Assembly: GCA_026025075.1 (NCBI GenBank)
Contig: JAPEUI010000007.1
Span: forward strand, 1 to 64,000
Direction: 5' to 3'
DNA from: Vezdaea acicularis
Taxonomy: Eukaryota
Length of the DNA: 64,000 nucleotides
The stretch's first letter is position 1; each line of letters opens with the position of its first letter. The translations under genes and the position numbers were made by a program. This document shows, one piece after another, positions 1 to 11,430 of the stretch. Below the pieces are notes generated by a model. That model ran no database searches, was not told the origin of the DNA, and saw nothing but the letters and a program-made list of their open reading frames with translations.

Positions 1-471
1 CAAGCTGCGTCTTCGTTCTCGAGTCCTTGTTCGTTCTAGCTCCACAATATTCCTGAACTTGAGTTCAAAATACCTCTTCCTGAACATGACCGTCACTGCA
101 GAGACAGCGATCGCGCTCCCTAGCATGATAAGCAAGAAGAGAAGCACCTGTTGGAAGGTATTCAATGTGCTCAGGTTGATGGTGTTTAGACCCGCCAGTG
201 TCATGGCCGAGACGACGAGGAAGACGGCGTCTATGAAGCGCACACTTCGGAAGGGCGTGGCCGAAGCCCAAAAGATGATGGAGGCAATCGTACATGTCGA
301 CAAGAAGTATAGGTAGTGTATCGTGATGAAATTAAGTGAGGGAAGATGCTTTCGTATCGTGCGTGCGAGCTTGCGTAGGCGCAAGGGAGCTCGAAGGTGG
401 AACCGGGGGACTATTTGAATGATCAGTATATAGCGCAAAGTTCAAGCTATCAGGGCGTCTTTACTCGCCAT
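1..471 (-). CDS. Trk/HKT-family potassium transporter, 5' portion (continues off the left edge of the window)
   Basis: Manual translation: ATG at 471, intron 464..411 (GTAAAG...CTGAT...ATAG), giving MAIPRFHL...LPSLNFITIHYLYFLSTCTIASIIFWASA...FIDAVFLVVSAMTLAGLNTINLSTLNTFQQVLLFLLIMLGS...RKRYFE. This is the typical first MPM unit of fungal Trk proteins. Not in the ORF track. Confidence 0.88.
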
Positions 472-2769
472 TGACCTCTACCTACGGCGACGCATGAGTA
501 GAATGGTCAATGATGGATGTACACGGTAGGAAAGCTGACTGTGCCGTCTATCATGGCGGTGTTGTTCAGCGATCGGGCCTCGAAAGGTGCGATGGACTTG
601 CGTTACATGCGCAATCACTTGTAGCTCGAACGCAGATTATAGTGACGCGACCCAGCAAGATTGTAGGAAGTCGTTGTCCACGGGAAGGGCGCATATAAGG
701 ATAGATGCTAGTCGTTTCTTTCACCACTGCCGATGCGGAAGTGCTGGGGTCTAGCAGCGTGGTGGTCCCTCGCTTGGGCGTAAGCTGCCGAGGGCTCGCC
801 TCCGACGAAGTTGAAGTAGAAGGTATTGTTTGCCACTTGCAACTGCGATTCGACGTCTACAGTAGAGGACAATTAGTCTGAGAAAACGAAGAACAATAAA
901 CAAGTCTATGGAGCCTTGAAATTATGTGCTGTTCTTGCAAGAATGCCGATTGACTTGTCCGGTGCATGCAGTTTGCTCCCGAGTCAGGTTTCGAGGGCGC
1001 GAAAATATAGTAGGCCCTTGGTGCAGGGGCGGCCTCATCGACCAAAGGCATCACCGCCTGGTCAAAGGGTAGGTTTACCTGCAAGACGCGACCGTCTCCG
1101 AAATTGTTTCCAGGTCTTGTAAGCCAGATAGATGGTCAATACGCCAGTGACGACGGCGAGACAGCCAAAGGCGACGTTCGCAACTCCATCTGGTGTAAGG
1201 GTTGTTTTCATGCTTCGCTTGGCCGGAGCTGTACATCGTTAGTTGGGGGAACACCGTTGTCGAGTTATATAAGAACTTACGAAAAATGCTCATGAAATCG
1301 CTTAGGTGAGAGTGCTAATATGAACATTAAGTGTTGCAAGGCTGTAAGAAGAAATTCAAGACGGGCATCAACTTTAAGTCTCTGTGGGGCATGGGCATTC
1401 TTATAAGTCGGGGGCTCGTACGCAATGACAGTAATAATTAATGAGTAAGTGACCGAGTAGCAACAGCAGAGCAAGCAGCACCAGCGCCGTTGCTTTCCAG
1501 TCGATCTGTTCCGGCGCTAGCGAAGCCCTGTCCGCCAGGAGGCGTCGGCCTCCAGAAAGGCGTCGGCCGCTGAGATGCCGTCGGTCACTGAGGGGCGTCG
1601 CTCGGACTCGGTGTGGGTAGCGCTTGTAGCCGCGCTCACTTGCGTTTCTTCCAGGCTAGGCCCAACGCATGCTAGGCCGGGTAGACGGAACGCGGCCTCC
1701 TCGCGCACTGCCCACATAGGCCATGCCTCATGAGCGCGAATTCATCAGTCCAGAAGTAGTAAGGCGTAGACGAGGTTGTGTGTAGGAGGAGAGGTGCATA
1801 TGAAGAGACGTCACAGGAAGAGACCTGGAGCTTCTCTTGCAGCTTACCATGTTGGTATAAACATTGCTACTGTTCATACCGAGTTGACCGCTGGTGCAGT
1901 CCATTCGTTCGATCGAAGCCACGGGTGTCTCATGGTCAGGACTTACTGTAGGGAAGCCATGCTTTGCTGTCAGCCTCGTCGTCCAGATTCGCAGCCTGGT
2001 CGATCGTGGACTCTGGTCGATAGCCAGATTGGCCCTGCCTCCTACTGATTTGGACATCGATACGGGCGGGAAAACCACCTCGAGGTATTTTCCCTCGTGT
2101 TCAACGTGAAGACTCTCCAAAGCGACTGAAATCCCCGGAAGCCAAACGGTCTGCCCTCAGACTAGCGCAACACAGCCGAAGGATTAAACAAGGCATCGGG
2201 CGCATAGCTTGAGCAAATAGAGTCGCGGATACGCTAGAGTAGTCCGTCAGCCTCCCTGAAGGACCAATTGGCATAATGGACGCTATGGCTGTCGTGCATT
2301 GTAGGCACCCCTCCCACACCCAAACTCCGCTCCACGATCGTAGATTAACTTTTTGTATGGGAAAGGCACTTCCTCCCTCGGCTTTCGAATCCCTGACGAG
2401 TAGCCGGCCAAGAGGATTGCCGCGTCGTGAGAACATGCCCGCAAGGTACGTCTGACGATTGAAATGGTCGAAAAAGTCAGTAGGCAACGATCCGCCGACA
2501 GAAAACTGGGATCTGAGCTCCCCACAATCGTCAAGGCCTCTGCAACTTTGCGCAAGCCGCGACGAGAGCCGAAATATATCAGACAGCAAAGCGATCTTGC
2601 GCTAGGCAGAAAACGCCGACTTGCAGCGAACCTCGGAATTTCCGACATTCGCTGCAAGGTCGGCATTAGTGCAAAGAAGCGTGGTCGAATGTCATCTCGC
2701 GTCTCTCCTCTTTCTCGTCTCGCCTCGCGTCTCGCATCTCGCGCACCCTCCATCGCACCCTGCATCGCA

Positions 2770-3474
2770 CCCTCCACCCTCGACCCTCCACCCTCGACCC
2801 TCCACCCTCGACCCTCCACCCTCGACCCTCCACCCTCGACCTCGACCGTCGACCGTCGACCTCGACCCCCCACCCTCCACCGTCGACCGTCGACGGTCGA
2901 CCGTCCACCCTCAACGGTCGACGGTCGACCGTCCACCCTTGACCCTCCACCGTCGACCGTCCACCCTTGACCGTCGACGGTCGACGGTCGACCGTCCACC
3001 CTTGACCCTCCACCGTCGACCGTCCACCCTTGACCGTCGACGGTCGACCCTCCACGGTCGACCGTCCACCCTCGACCGTCGACCGTCGACCGTCGACCCT
3101 CCACCCTCAACGGTCGACGGTCGACCGTCCACCCTTGACCCTCCACCGTCGACCGTCCACCCTTGACCGTCGACCGTCGACCGTCCACCCTCGACCGTCG
3201 ACCGTCGACCGTCCACCCTTGACCGTCGACCGTCGACCCTCCACCGTCGACCGTCGACCGTCGACCGTCGACCCTCCACCGTCGACCGTCGACCCTCCAC
3301 CGTCGACCCTCCACCGTCGACCGTCGACCCTCCACCGTCGATCCTCCACCCTTGACCGTCGACCGTCGACCGTCGACCGTCCACCCTCCACCGTCGACCC
3401 TCCACCCTTGACCGTCGACCATCGACCCTCCACCGTCCACCCTCCACCGTCGACCGTCGACCGTCGACCCTCCC
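2770..3474. repeat. Heptamer minisatellite (~100 units) of variants CCCTCCA/CCCTCGA/CCGTCGA/CGGTCGA/CCGTCCA/CCCTTGA/CCCTCAA
   Basis: Direct reading shows a near-constant 7-nt period with only occasional slips. A 63-nt higher-order block recurs at about 2915, 2978 and 3111. Confidence 0.95.
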
Positions 3475-3627
3475 ACCCCCCCCACATCCATCCCACAAAG
3501 TCACATTCCTCCGCCTACTCACTCCCCTGCATATCCCACCATGGACGGTAGACTCAGCTTGAGAGCCCAAGGGGGATGGGTTATGAGGGAGAGGGGGAAA
3601 GACTCTCTACCATCCGTGCACGTATGT

Positions 3628-3789
3628 GGAGGAGAAGGAGGAGGAGGAGGAGGAGGAGGAGGAGGAGGAGGAGGAGGAGGAGGAGGAGGAGGAGGAGGAG
3701 GAGGAGGAGGAGGAGGAGGAGGAGGAGGAGGAGGGGGAGGAGGAGGAGGAGGAGGAGGAGGAGGAGGAGGAGGGGGGGGGGGAGGAGGA

Positions 3790-3870
<81 letters not shown>
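3628..3870 (+). repeat. (GGA)n microsatellite grading into a ~78-nt poly-G run
   Basis: Direct reading: GGA repeats from 3628 to about 3792, pure G from 3793 to 3870. Confidence 0.95.
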
Positions 3871-3871
<1 letters not shown>

Positions 3872-4101
3872 GATGGAAAAGGTGGAGGTGGGAAGAGAGG
3901 AAGATGGAGGTGTGAGGAGAGGAAGGTGGAGAGGTAGACCTAGCGGGATTGCTTGGTGTGGTTGAACTAACTCCATAGCCATGGGTTGCGGCTCCGCGTC
4001 CGCGAGGTGGGGTGATGGTACAAGCAGGAACCCCCTCTCCGTATCACCGGCTTTACGAAGGCGGACTCTTACACGGCCCCCCTTTTCCGCCTGCACAAAC
4101 A

Positions 4102-5437
4102 TCACGCCCCCCGCCCCTCTCCCACGACCGTCAACTCCACCTCCTCTCCCACCTCCTCATCACCCAGCCTCTTCCACCCCACCCCTCCCTCCTCCCCCCT
4201 CCCCGGAAGGGGCGTCTCACACCCCCTCCTCCTGAGTCTTGGATAATACCTGCGCCAACTGAGATACGCCACGCCTAACCCCAGGCCAGAGCCGATGGTG
4301 ACATCGTAGACGTCATGTCGATAATCCTCGCAACGGGAAATGGCGATGAGGAGGGCGGCTAATAGGGGTGCTAAGGTGAGGAGGACGCGGGTGAGATCGG
4401 TGTGTGGGGGGTGGAAAATGTGGAGTTGCGAGGAGAGGAAGATGGAGAGGTAGCCTAGGCCGCTGAAGGATAGGCTGCTGTGGCCCGATGGGAAGCTGCG
4501 CCACCCGTCTTGGAGAGTGTGGTGGGTGGGTTGCGTGCAGATGGTGTGGGGGAGGAGGGTGTGTTGGGGGGTGCCGTCGCGCTGTGGAGGGGGGTGTTAG
4601 TCGGGGGGGATGAAGGGGGAGGGGGGGGGGAAACAGGGTGACGGACGGGTTTACACCGGTCGAGGAGGTCCGGGCGGGGGCGGCCGACGGTGTTTTTTAT
4701 GACCTAGTCGGTGGAGTTAGAGAGCGGGTTGATGGGGATTCAGCTGGGGATGGGGAGGCTTGCGTCGGTCAGAAAGGAAGTAAGGACGAGACTTTGCATA
4801 CCCATCAGCACATTTTCATATCCTCGTTCACAGCGAAAACAGGGGTAAGGCAGTAAACATACCTAATAGCCAGCCCGAGGAAGGTAACATGCACTTTATG
4901 CGTCCCCGGCCGGAAGAGAAGTGTCCAGCCCAGGAGAACCAGGCAGGGCACGCCAACTGCATACGCAAATAGCCATGCTACAGTAGTTCCCCATCATCAG
5001 CCCCTGTGCCCTCTCTCTCTCTCCCTCTCTGTTGTTCCTAAGGGGAGGGGCGAAACGTACACACAGGCACGCGCTCCACCTCCGCGTGCGGATACTGGAT
5101 TTTGCGGTCGTCGAGGGAGAATAAGCGGTGGAATGGCTCGACGAAAAGTTGGATCTGATACTACCATCAGCAACGTACCCCTACAACACCACCACCAAGA
5201 GCAAATAACCCACCATCAAAAACGCCACAAGCACAATTCCCAAACCGACATAATCCGGCGCATACGACCGCTGTCTCACGCTCACATCAGTCCATCACAC
5301 TCCATAGCCCTCCCTCCCCCACAGCTGCGTGCGAGCTGGTGTCTGGTATTCTGTATCAAAAAACGCACCTGCCAGAACCGCGCAATGGCCCCGAGCGCAC
5401 CGGCCTGGTTGACCCAGCCGGCTGGTCGAGAAGGCAT
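4102..5437 (-). CDS. DPP1: PAP2-family diacylglycerol pyrophosphate / lipid phosphate phosphatase (DPP1-like), 7 exons
   Basis: Spliced translation MPSRPAGWVNQAG...RSYAPDYVG...EPFHRLFSLDD...QYPHAEVERVPV...LTD|VIKNTVGRPRPDLLDRCKP...DGWRSFPSGHSS...ISRCEDYRHDVYDV. All three PAP2 motifs are present (KxxxxxxRP, PSGH, SRxxxxxHxxxD). Stop TGA at 4104..4102. Confidence 0.92.
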
Positions 5438-5674
5438 CTTGGCGCTGGCCTACATGCGGACGACGCTTGGGGAATGGTCATGGAATTGGAGATATGTGCT
5501 CCAGTATGGCGCGGGTTTGTGAAGGGTTCCTGACGCGAACATGGGTGGTCGCATGGAGCTTCGGATAAGTATTTCTCCGCGCTGGGAAACGGCCGGGATA
5601 AACTACCTCTAGCTTTGAAAGACAAGCAGCCCCCGTCCCCCCGTCCTCAACTCCTGCGAAGAATATTGTACGAA

Positions 5675-6576
5675 ATGGCAGATCCGCCTCCAGCTAGCAT
5701 CTCAGCGGCCTTTCCTGCTCCGCCGCCATTTTATAAGTACTTCACGCCGCAGAACCTCTCACAGCTAGCAGAGCTGCGGTCCTCTGAGCACGAGACGGAA
5801 AAGCCTACTTCACCCCCCTCCGCCGCCACCGCCACCGCCACCACGGCTATTGCGTCCTCCTCAACTAGTATCCTTGAGCTTCCGCCAGATCTGCGATATC
5901 TGGTGCCCCCGGACCCGCCAGTCGAGCATTATCGCAGTTTCGGGGGGAATTACGAAGTTGGCCTCCCCCCCTCCCCGTCTCCATATATAAAGCCAGAACA
6001 CCAAACTAAGCCTCCCAGATCAACGAACCCCCACAAACCCTCTCATCCCAAGGTCTCTCACAACTCTACCCCGCCCCGCCCCCCTCCCCCTCCCCATCTT
6101 CCTCTCCCACCACCAGCACCACAACGCCATCCCACCACCGCGCCGCAGCCCTCAAAACCCTCACAAAATCCCTCCTCCTCTCCTACCTCGAACTCCTCTC
6201 TCTCCTCTCCACCAACCCCGCGCACTACACCGACAAACTCGACCATCTGCGCACGCTGTTCGTCAATTGTCACTTTTTGATCAATGAGTACCGGCCCCAT
6301 CAGGCGCGGGAGAGTCTGATCGTCTTGATGGAGGAAGCGGTTAGGAGGGGGAGGGAGGAGGTCGCAGGGGTGAAGGAGGCAAGGGAGAGGGTGGCGAGGG
6401 TGGTTGCGGGGATTGTGGGGGGCCAGGGGCTGGAAGGGGGAAAACAGGAGAGCGCGGAGAGTGTGGAGGGATGGACGGAGCGGGATACGACCGCGCGGCA
6501 GAGTGCCGACGAGGACAGAGACGCGCAGCTGGAGAAGGAGGTCTGGCGCGTCCTTGATGCCGAAATCGGCGTGTAA
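5675..6576 (+). CDS. MED7: Mediator subunit Med7
   Basis: N-terminal AAFPAPPPFYKYFT; intron 5957..6018; C-terminal LTKSLLLSYLELL...HFLINEYRPHQARESLI, the Med7 signature. Confidence 0.93.
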
Positions 6577-7045
6577 CCTCCTTCTTCTCTGGGGACCGCG
6601 CCCTCTTCTAAAATCCCCACCTCTCCCTAGATTCCCGCATAGCCTGTCATAAAAGCAGAAAAATTATCTCTCCATTCATCCCTCCAATTCCCGAGAAGGG
6701 GGGGTAATGTGGTGGGAGACAAGCTCTCTCCATACCATATACAAAAACACAACATCCCTGCGCTATGCGCGGAGTCCGTGAATGGGATGCCTACGGCTTC
6801 GAGATGTTCAGGGGCTTCAGTCGAGCGATTCACGGTGTGTGGGGGGTGGTTGTGGTGGATGCAACTGTTTTTTATATTCGATATTTTCCAATTACTTGCC
6901 CTTACCCCCTCCCCTCCAGCCACGGCCACAGCCAGCTACCTCCCTGCAGACCTCCCACTCTCGCCCTCTCTAAACAAGAAAAACAACGTATCTCACAACT
7001 CCAAACACCCCCCCTCCTTCACTTCTCCTCCGCCCTCAACACCGT

Positions 7046-8466
7046 TCATTCCCAATCCTCCTCCTCCTCACTATCCCCCTTCCCCTCCTTGGGGCTACTC
7101 GGCGCCCGACTCGGCGCCCCACTCGCCGCGCCAACAAGGTCGTAACTCGCGTCGCTATCAGCTTGGCTCTGTCCGTCATGGGACTTGCGTTTTTTGGCGT
7201 CCGTGCTCGTGCTGGTGGGGTGGAGGGTTGTGGAGGAGGCGGAGGAGAGGTCGGCGGGGTTGGACTTGGGGGAAGGGCCGGTGGTGGTGGTGGTAGGGAC
7301 AGTGGGGCCGGTAGGGCCGGAGTCCGAGTCGGATTCGGATTCGGCGTCCCAGGAGATTTCGTCTTCGGGGTGGGGGTGTGATTGTGCGCCTGTTGCGGCG
7401 GGACGAGAAGAGATTAGTACTGAGTGAGATAAGAAGGAAAGAGAAACAAGGGGGAGGGAGGAAATGAGGCTCAGATACCTTTGAGAAGTTCGCGGCGGCG
7501 CTGCTCCTCCGTCTCGATAACGTGGCGGAGGAAGTAATACCGTTTCCAGAAGTCGGCGTAGGCGACTCTATCAGGGACGAGCTTTTCCATCGCGCCGCGG
7601 AGCTCCTTGTACTTGTCCAGATGGCGGGCAATGTCGTCGGTCTTGGAGTCGACGGCGAATCGCGCGGCCCAGGGGGCGTACTCGGCGCTCGCGGGGTCCT
7701 TGATGAAGCTGTCCGCTGAGCAGTGGATGACGTGCAGTTGCGCATCGAAGCGCGTCGTGTGGATCACGCGCTTGCCGTCCTCGCCTTTACTCTCGAACAA
7801 AATTTTCGCGGGCTGGCCTGGCTCGGCCTCGGTGCCCTCCGCGGGCGCGGATATCGTCACGGCGTCGCGGAGGAAGTTCCGGATGTTGGTCCCGAACTTG
7901 AGCAGAGCCTCGTCGGCGGCGTCTTCGGCCCGCGCAATGTCCTCGAGACGTTTGCTGGCCTCGGCGCGGAGGCGAGCGAGGACGCCTTCGGAGTCGCGTT
8001 GTGCTTCGCTTTCGGTGCGCGGCTTCGAGGTGGATGGACGGGGCGTGGAGGACTCGTTGCCTGAGGATTCGGATTTCTCGGTGGCTGAGGACTCAGCGGC
8101 GGTAGGTTGCTTGACTGAGAGAGAGCGGGTGCGGTTGATGAGGGATGTGGTGATGCCAGTTAGGTTCTTGGAAGCTTCGGTGCTGGCTGTCGTGAGCTCT
8201 TTGCGGGCGCCGTCGTAGTACGATTCGCTCTACTTGCAGATTAGTACATGCGCGGAGAGGTAAGAAAATGACAGTCTGACCTGCTTCTTCACGCCGCCGA
8301 GGAACGCGCCGAACCTTGCGCCCCAAGGGCTTGAAGAGATGGCCTTGTAGGCTTCGGCGAATTCATCGTTGAGGTTCGTCTGGTCGCCCTTCGGCTTGGC
8401 CTCTTTCTCCGAAGCTTCATTAGGGGACAGGGCTTCCTCCTGTATGTGGTCGTACGCGACATCCAT
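7046..8466 (-). CDS. BSD-domain protein (Dos2-like), 3 exons
   Basis: MDVAYDHIQEE...SSPWGARFGAFLGGVKKQ, BSD core LDKYKELRGAMEKLVPDRVAYADFWKRYYF, acidic tail EDEISWD...DSEEEEDWE*. GT-AG introns at about 8280-8230 and 7478-7390. Confidence 0.88.
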
Positions 8467-9603
8467 AGTTATGTATACGAGAAGGTGAACCGCATCTAGA
8501 CTGGGTCGAGCTAGGTGCGACTTTAGGCGTCGTTGTTTGCGTGTGAAGGAAGGAGTGAGGTGTGAATGGAGCTCAGCTACTTGTGATTATGGCCCCCACG
8601 TCATTGCACGCGGGCATTGCGACCAATAGGAGTTGCTGCTATAGCCGCAATTCCTCGCTTAACGGAGCCAGTCACGCCAGTCCATCACGATGTTGAAGTC
8701 CAAATAATACCACCAAGGCAAAGATAATTCTCGTCCTCGAAGCCAGCAGGTGCAAAGTAAAGAATTCAAATCTAGAGAATCTGGCTATGATTTTGGGGAA
8801 TAATTAATCCAAAAGGCAGGTCATGGGCCTATTTCCTGTGGCGGGAGTAAACCTGAGCCAACCGCGTGCTTTGTATCGTCATGAGAAGTAAAACAATACG
8901 GCTCACAATGTGTTCCAATGTTTCTTGAGAAATAAAGGTAAAGGGGCGGGGTTTGGGGAGTTCCCCCAACAGGAGAAGCATTATCTAAGACGGAGCCGAG
9001 TCAAAAGCGAGGACACGAACGTTGGCACGGCAAGAATATGCCAAGAAAAGTATTTGGTTGCTCTCTACTCAAATAAGGGAGATCTGTGCTAAGTTGTGAC
9101 CCACCATCAAAGTGCGATAAGGTAGAAGTACAGGGCCTGAATGCACGAGGAAATGTTCTGAACTAGATAAGATGCAAGAGGTAAACCCATTTTGGATAAG
9201 CTTGCGAGGGGTCAAAAGTAAAGGACGTAGATGCGATGGTCTGGCCTGCCAAGCTCAACCGACAAGCGGGGCTAGAACCTGTGGCAGTGCAGGAGTGACA
9301 GCTGCACACTATGCACAGTCAGCTTTTAGATAAGCTTTATGCTTTATATTGTAGATTAGTGGAGGAACCGCGATTGCTGCGGCAGCGGCCCAGTCCGGCC
9401 ATAGTCAAACGGACGGGCTTGTCAACCTAGTGTGCGTACATGCACATCCACTAAGAGAATTAGTAGTATCCTCTTCATCTGATAGGTTCATGGTATGGAG
9501 AAAAATCTTGCTTTGACTAAAGGCTCTCATCTTGCCTCGCCAACGGCCCAACGCCTAATGAAAACGTCCCAACATCCGCTGTCCTGGACGTGTTGCCAAG
9601 CAA

Positions 9604-10623
9604 TCATCCTTGCTCTTCATCACCAATTGGTTGATAGATATGCCGGCTTCTCGAGGGATCCTTGCGCATTGTCTGGCCAGACCCGGTGAATCCAACTGGT
9701 GCGATTAGCATCTGATGGGATGTGTTAGGTTGGGAGCTGTCAAGTGCCGACTAACCTCTACCATGGACACCTTCTGGCGTCCGAAACATGCTCTCCTTCT
9801 TCGCATGCTTCACCGTCTTACCACCTTTCGTGGTAAAGTCCTGCCACTTGCTTTTGCCAGCTTCGAGTTCCTTATTCGCCTTGACTTTCCGGGGGACTTT
9901 GGCAGGTCTTGCGGGGCCATCACTGACCTTGCTGGGCTCTCTCCGAACCTGGTCCGCTAATGCGGGGTTGATATCGGCAGCTGCAGATATGACATTTGTA
10001 TTGATTGGCGTAGCTGGCGACGTAGCAACTGGTGACCCGTCTGCCTTGCGCTTTTTAGAATCGCCGATTGGCTTGATGTCTTTCGCCGATAATGTTTCCG
10101 TGGTATCATATGACTTGAAGGTCACAATATAGACGGGGGCGTTCTTCGACCCTGTAATAGATGTGATTCTTGCTGGGTAAAAGGAATGGTCTCCAGACAC
10201 CCACTTTGCTAAGACCGTCTCATTCACGGAGAATGAGCTGGGTGTTTGCGGCTCGTCTGATAGGGCGGTAGAAACGGTAGGTTTCTGATAGCCAGCTTGA
10301 AAGGCTGGGTGCTTTTCCCGTGACCATTTCTCTTTGGCTGGTGGCGGAGATGCCTTTTTCGAGGGTGGCGCGGCTGAGGTAGGCTTTAATTCAGCGATGG
10401 CAGACTCTGTGAGGGAAACGATTTCTTCCAGTTCTACCTTGAGATTCTGGAGCTCCGCATTGTCTGGATCGGCCTGCAGACCAGAGAGGACTGTCTCCAA
10501 CTGCGGATGCGCGATCTTGTCAGCATCTGTAGCATCTTACTAAATTGCACATTTAGCTCGACCTACCTGCAGCTTGTATTCCTTCACCTCAGCTTCGAGA
10601 GCTGCGATCTCGGAGGAGCTCAT
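9604..10623 (-). CDS. SPF30: Tudor-domain splicing factor SPF30/SMNDC1
   Basis: EYKLQ|LETVLSGLQADPDNAEL, Tudor VLAKWVSGDHSFYPARITSITG, C-terminal KSKWQDF...ESMFRTPEGVHGRVGFTGSG. Two introns. Confidence 0.88.
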
Positions 10624-11370
10624 GATCGAAAAAAATTTGATATCAGGATATCGATGGACTAAAATAAGAGGGCGATGTCGAAATAAGTTGAGACTAGGAA
10701 CCAAGGTCTCTGACTTGCTAATAGCTTGCTTGCTTTTGGGTCTGCAAAAATGCGTTGGAAGATCACTGCACGCTAATGCTCGGCAGAGAAAGGGCAAGGC
10801 AGAAAAGAGGCACGGGCGCAAGGAGGACGAGATCAGTGGAGCGGATCGAGAACTTGCTCTTTTCGGGCAGAGTTTTTTTTTCGTCAAAACAAAGTCACGT
10901 CTACCTGTCGTTGGCCAAGTGGGATGAGGTGATGGGTTGCGTGATGAAGTGGTGTCGTCTAAGGCGGCTCGTTGCAGGGCCATGGCGCCTGGGGAGGATA
11001 AGGCATGCGGACAAGGCATTTTAAGCGAGAGCCGTGGGGCAGCGGGAGTGGTGTTCAGCACAGGGATGCTCTGTATGCAACCCTGTCCTACGCGTTATAC
11101 GTGCATATACAATTGTGTATGCTTGACATGATACCTCTACAGGAGCTAATATAGGAGTTGTTTCACGTGCATCGTCGGAAGATTGGCGGAACAGCAGCGA
11201 GCGATCTGGTGAGAGCCAAAAGGCTCGTCATAACCGCATTATCCGAGAGGCATAGGGCAGAAACCAAGCCCGTAGTCGGACGTAAAATGCAACCCCACCA
11301 TAATTAGCATTCAGCCCTAAGTCTCATGCTTTGCCATACACAAAACAACGCACCGAAGTGACAGAGGCCT

Positions 11371-11430
11371 CCATAGGCTGTCCATAGGCTGTCCGTGGCT
11401 TTCCCATGGCTTCTCCGTGGCTTCTCCGCA
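11371..11430 (+). repeat. Short degenerate 11-nt tandem repeat (CCATAGGCTGT/CCGTGGCTTCT), about 5 copies
   Basis: Direct reading: ccataggctgt ccataggctgt ccgtggctttc ccatggcttct ccgtggcttct. Confidence 0.75.

Noticed and set aside
2770..3474. CRISPR array or telomeric repeat
   Set aside because: There are no unique spacers and no cas genes, the context is eukaryotic, and the unit is not TTAGGG-like.
2283..4105. Long ORFs (STVDGRR repeats, poly-G/E/R/P/L) in all frames
   Set aside because: They are artefacts of the stop-free heptamer, GGA and poly-G repeats.
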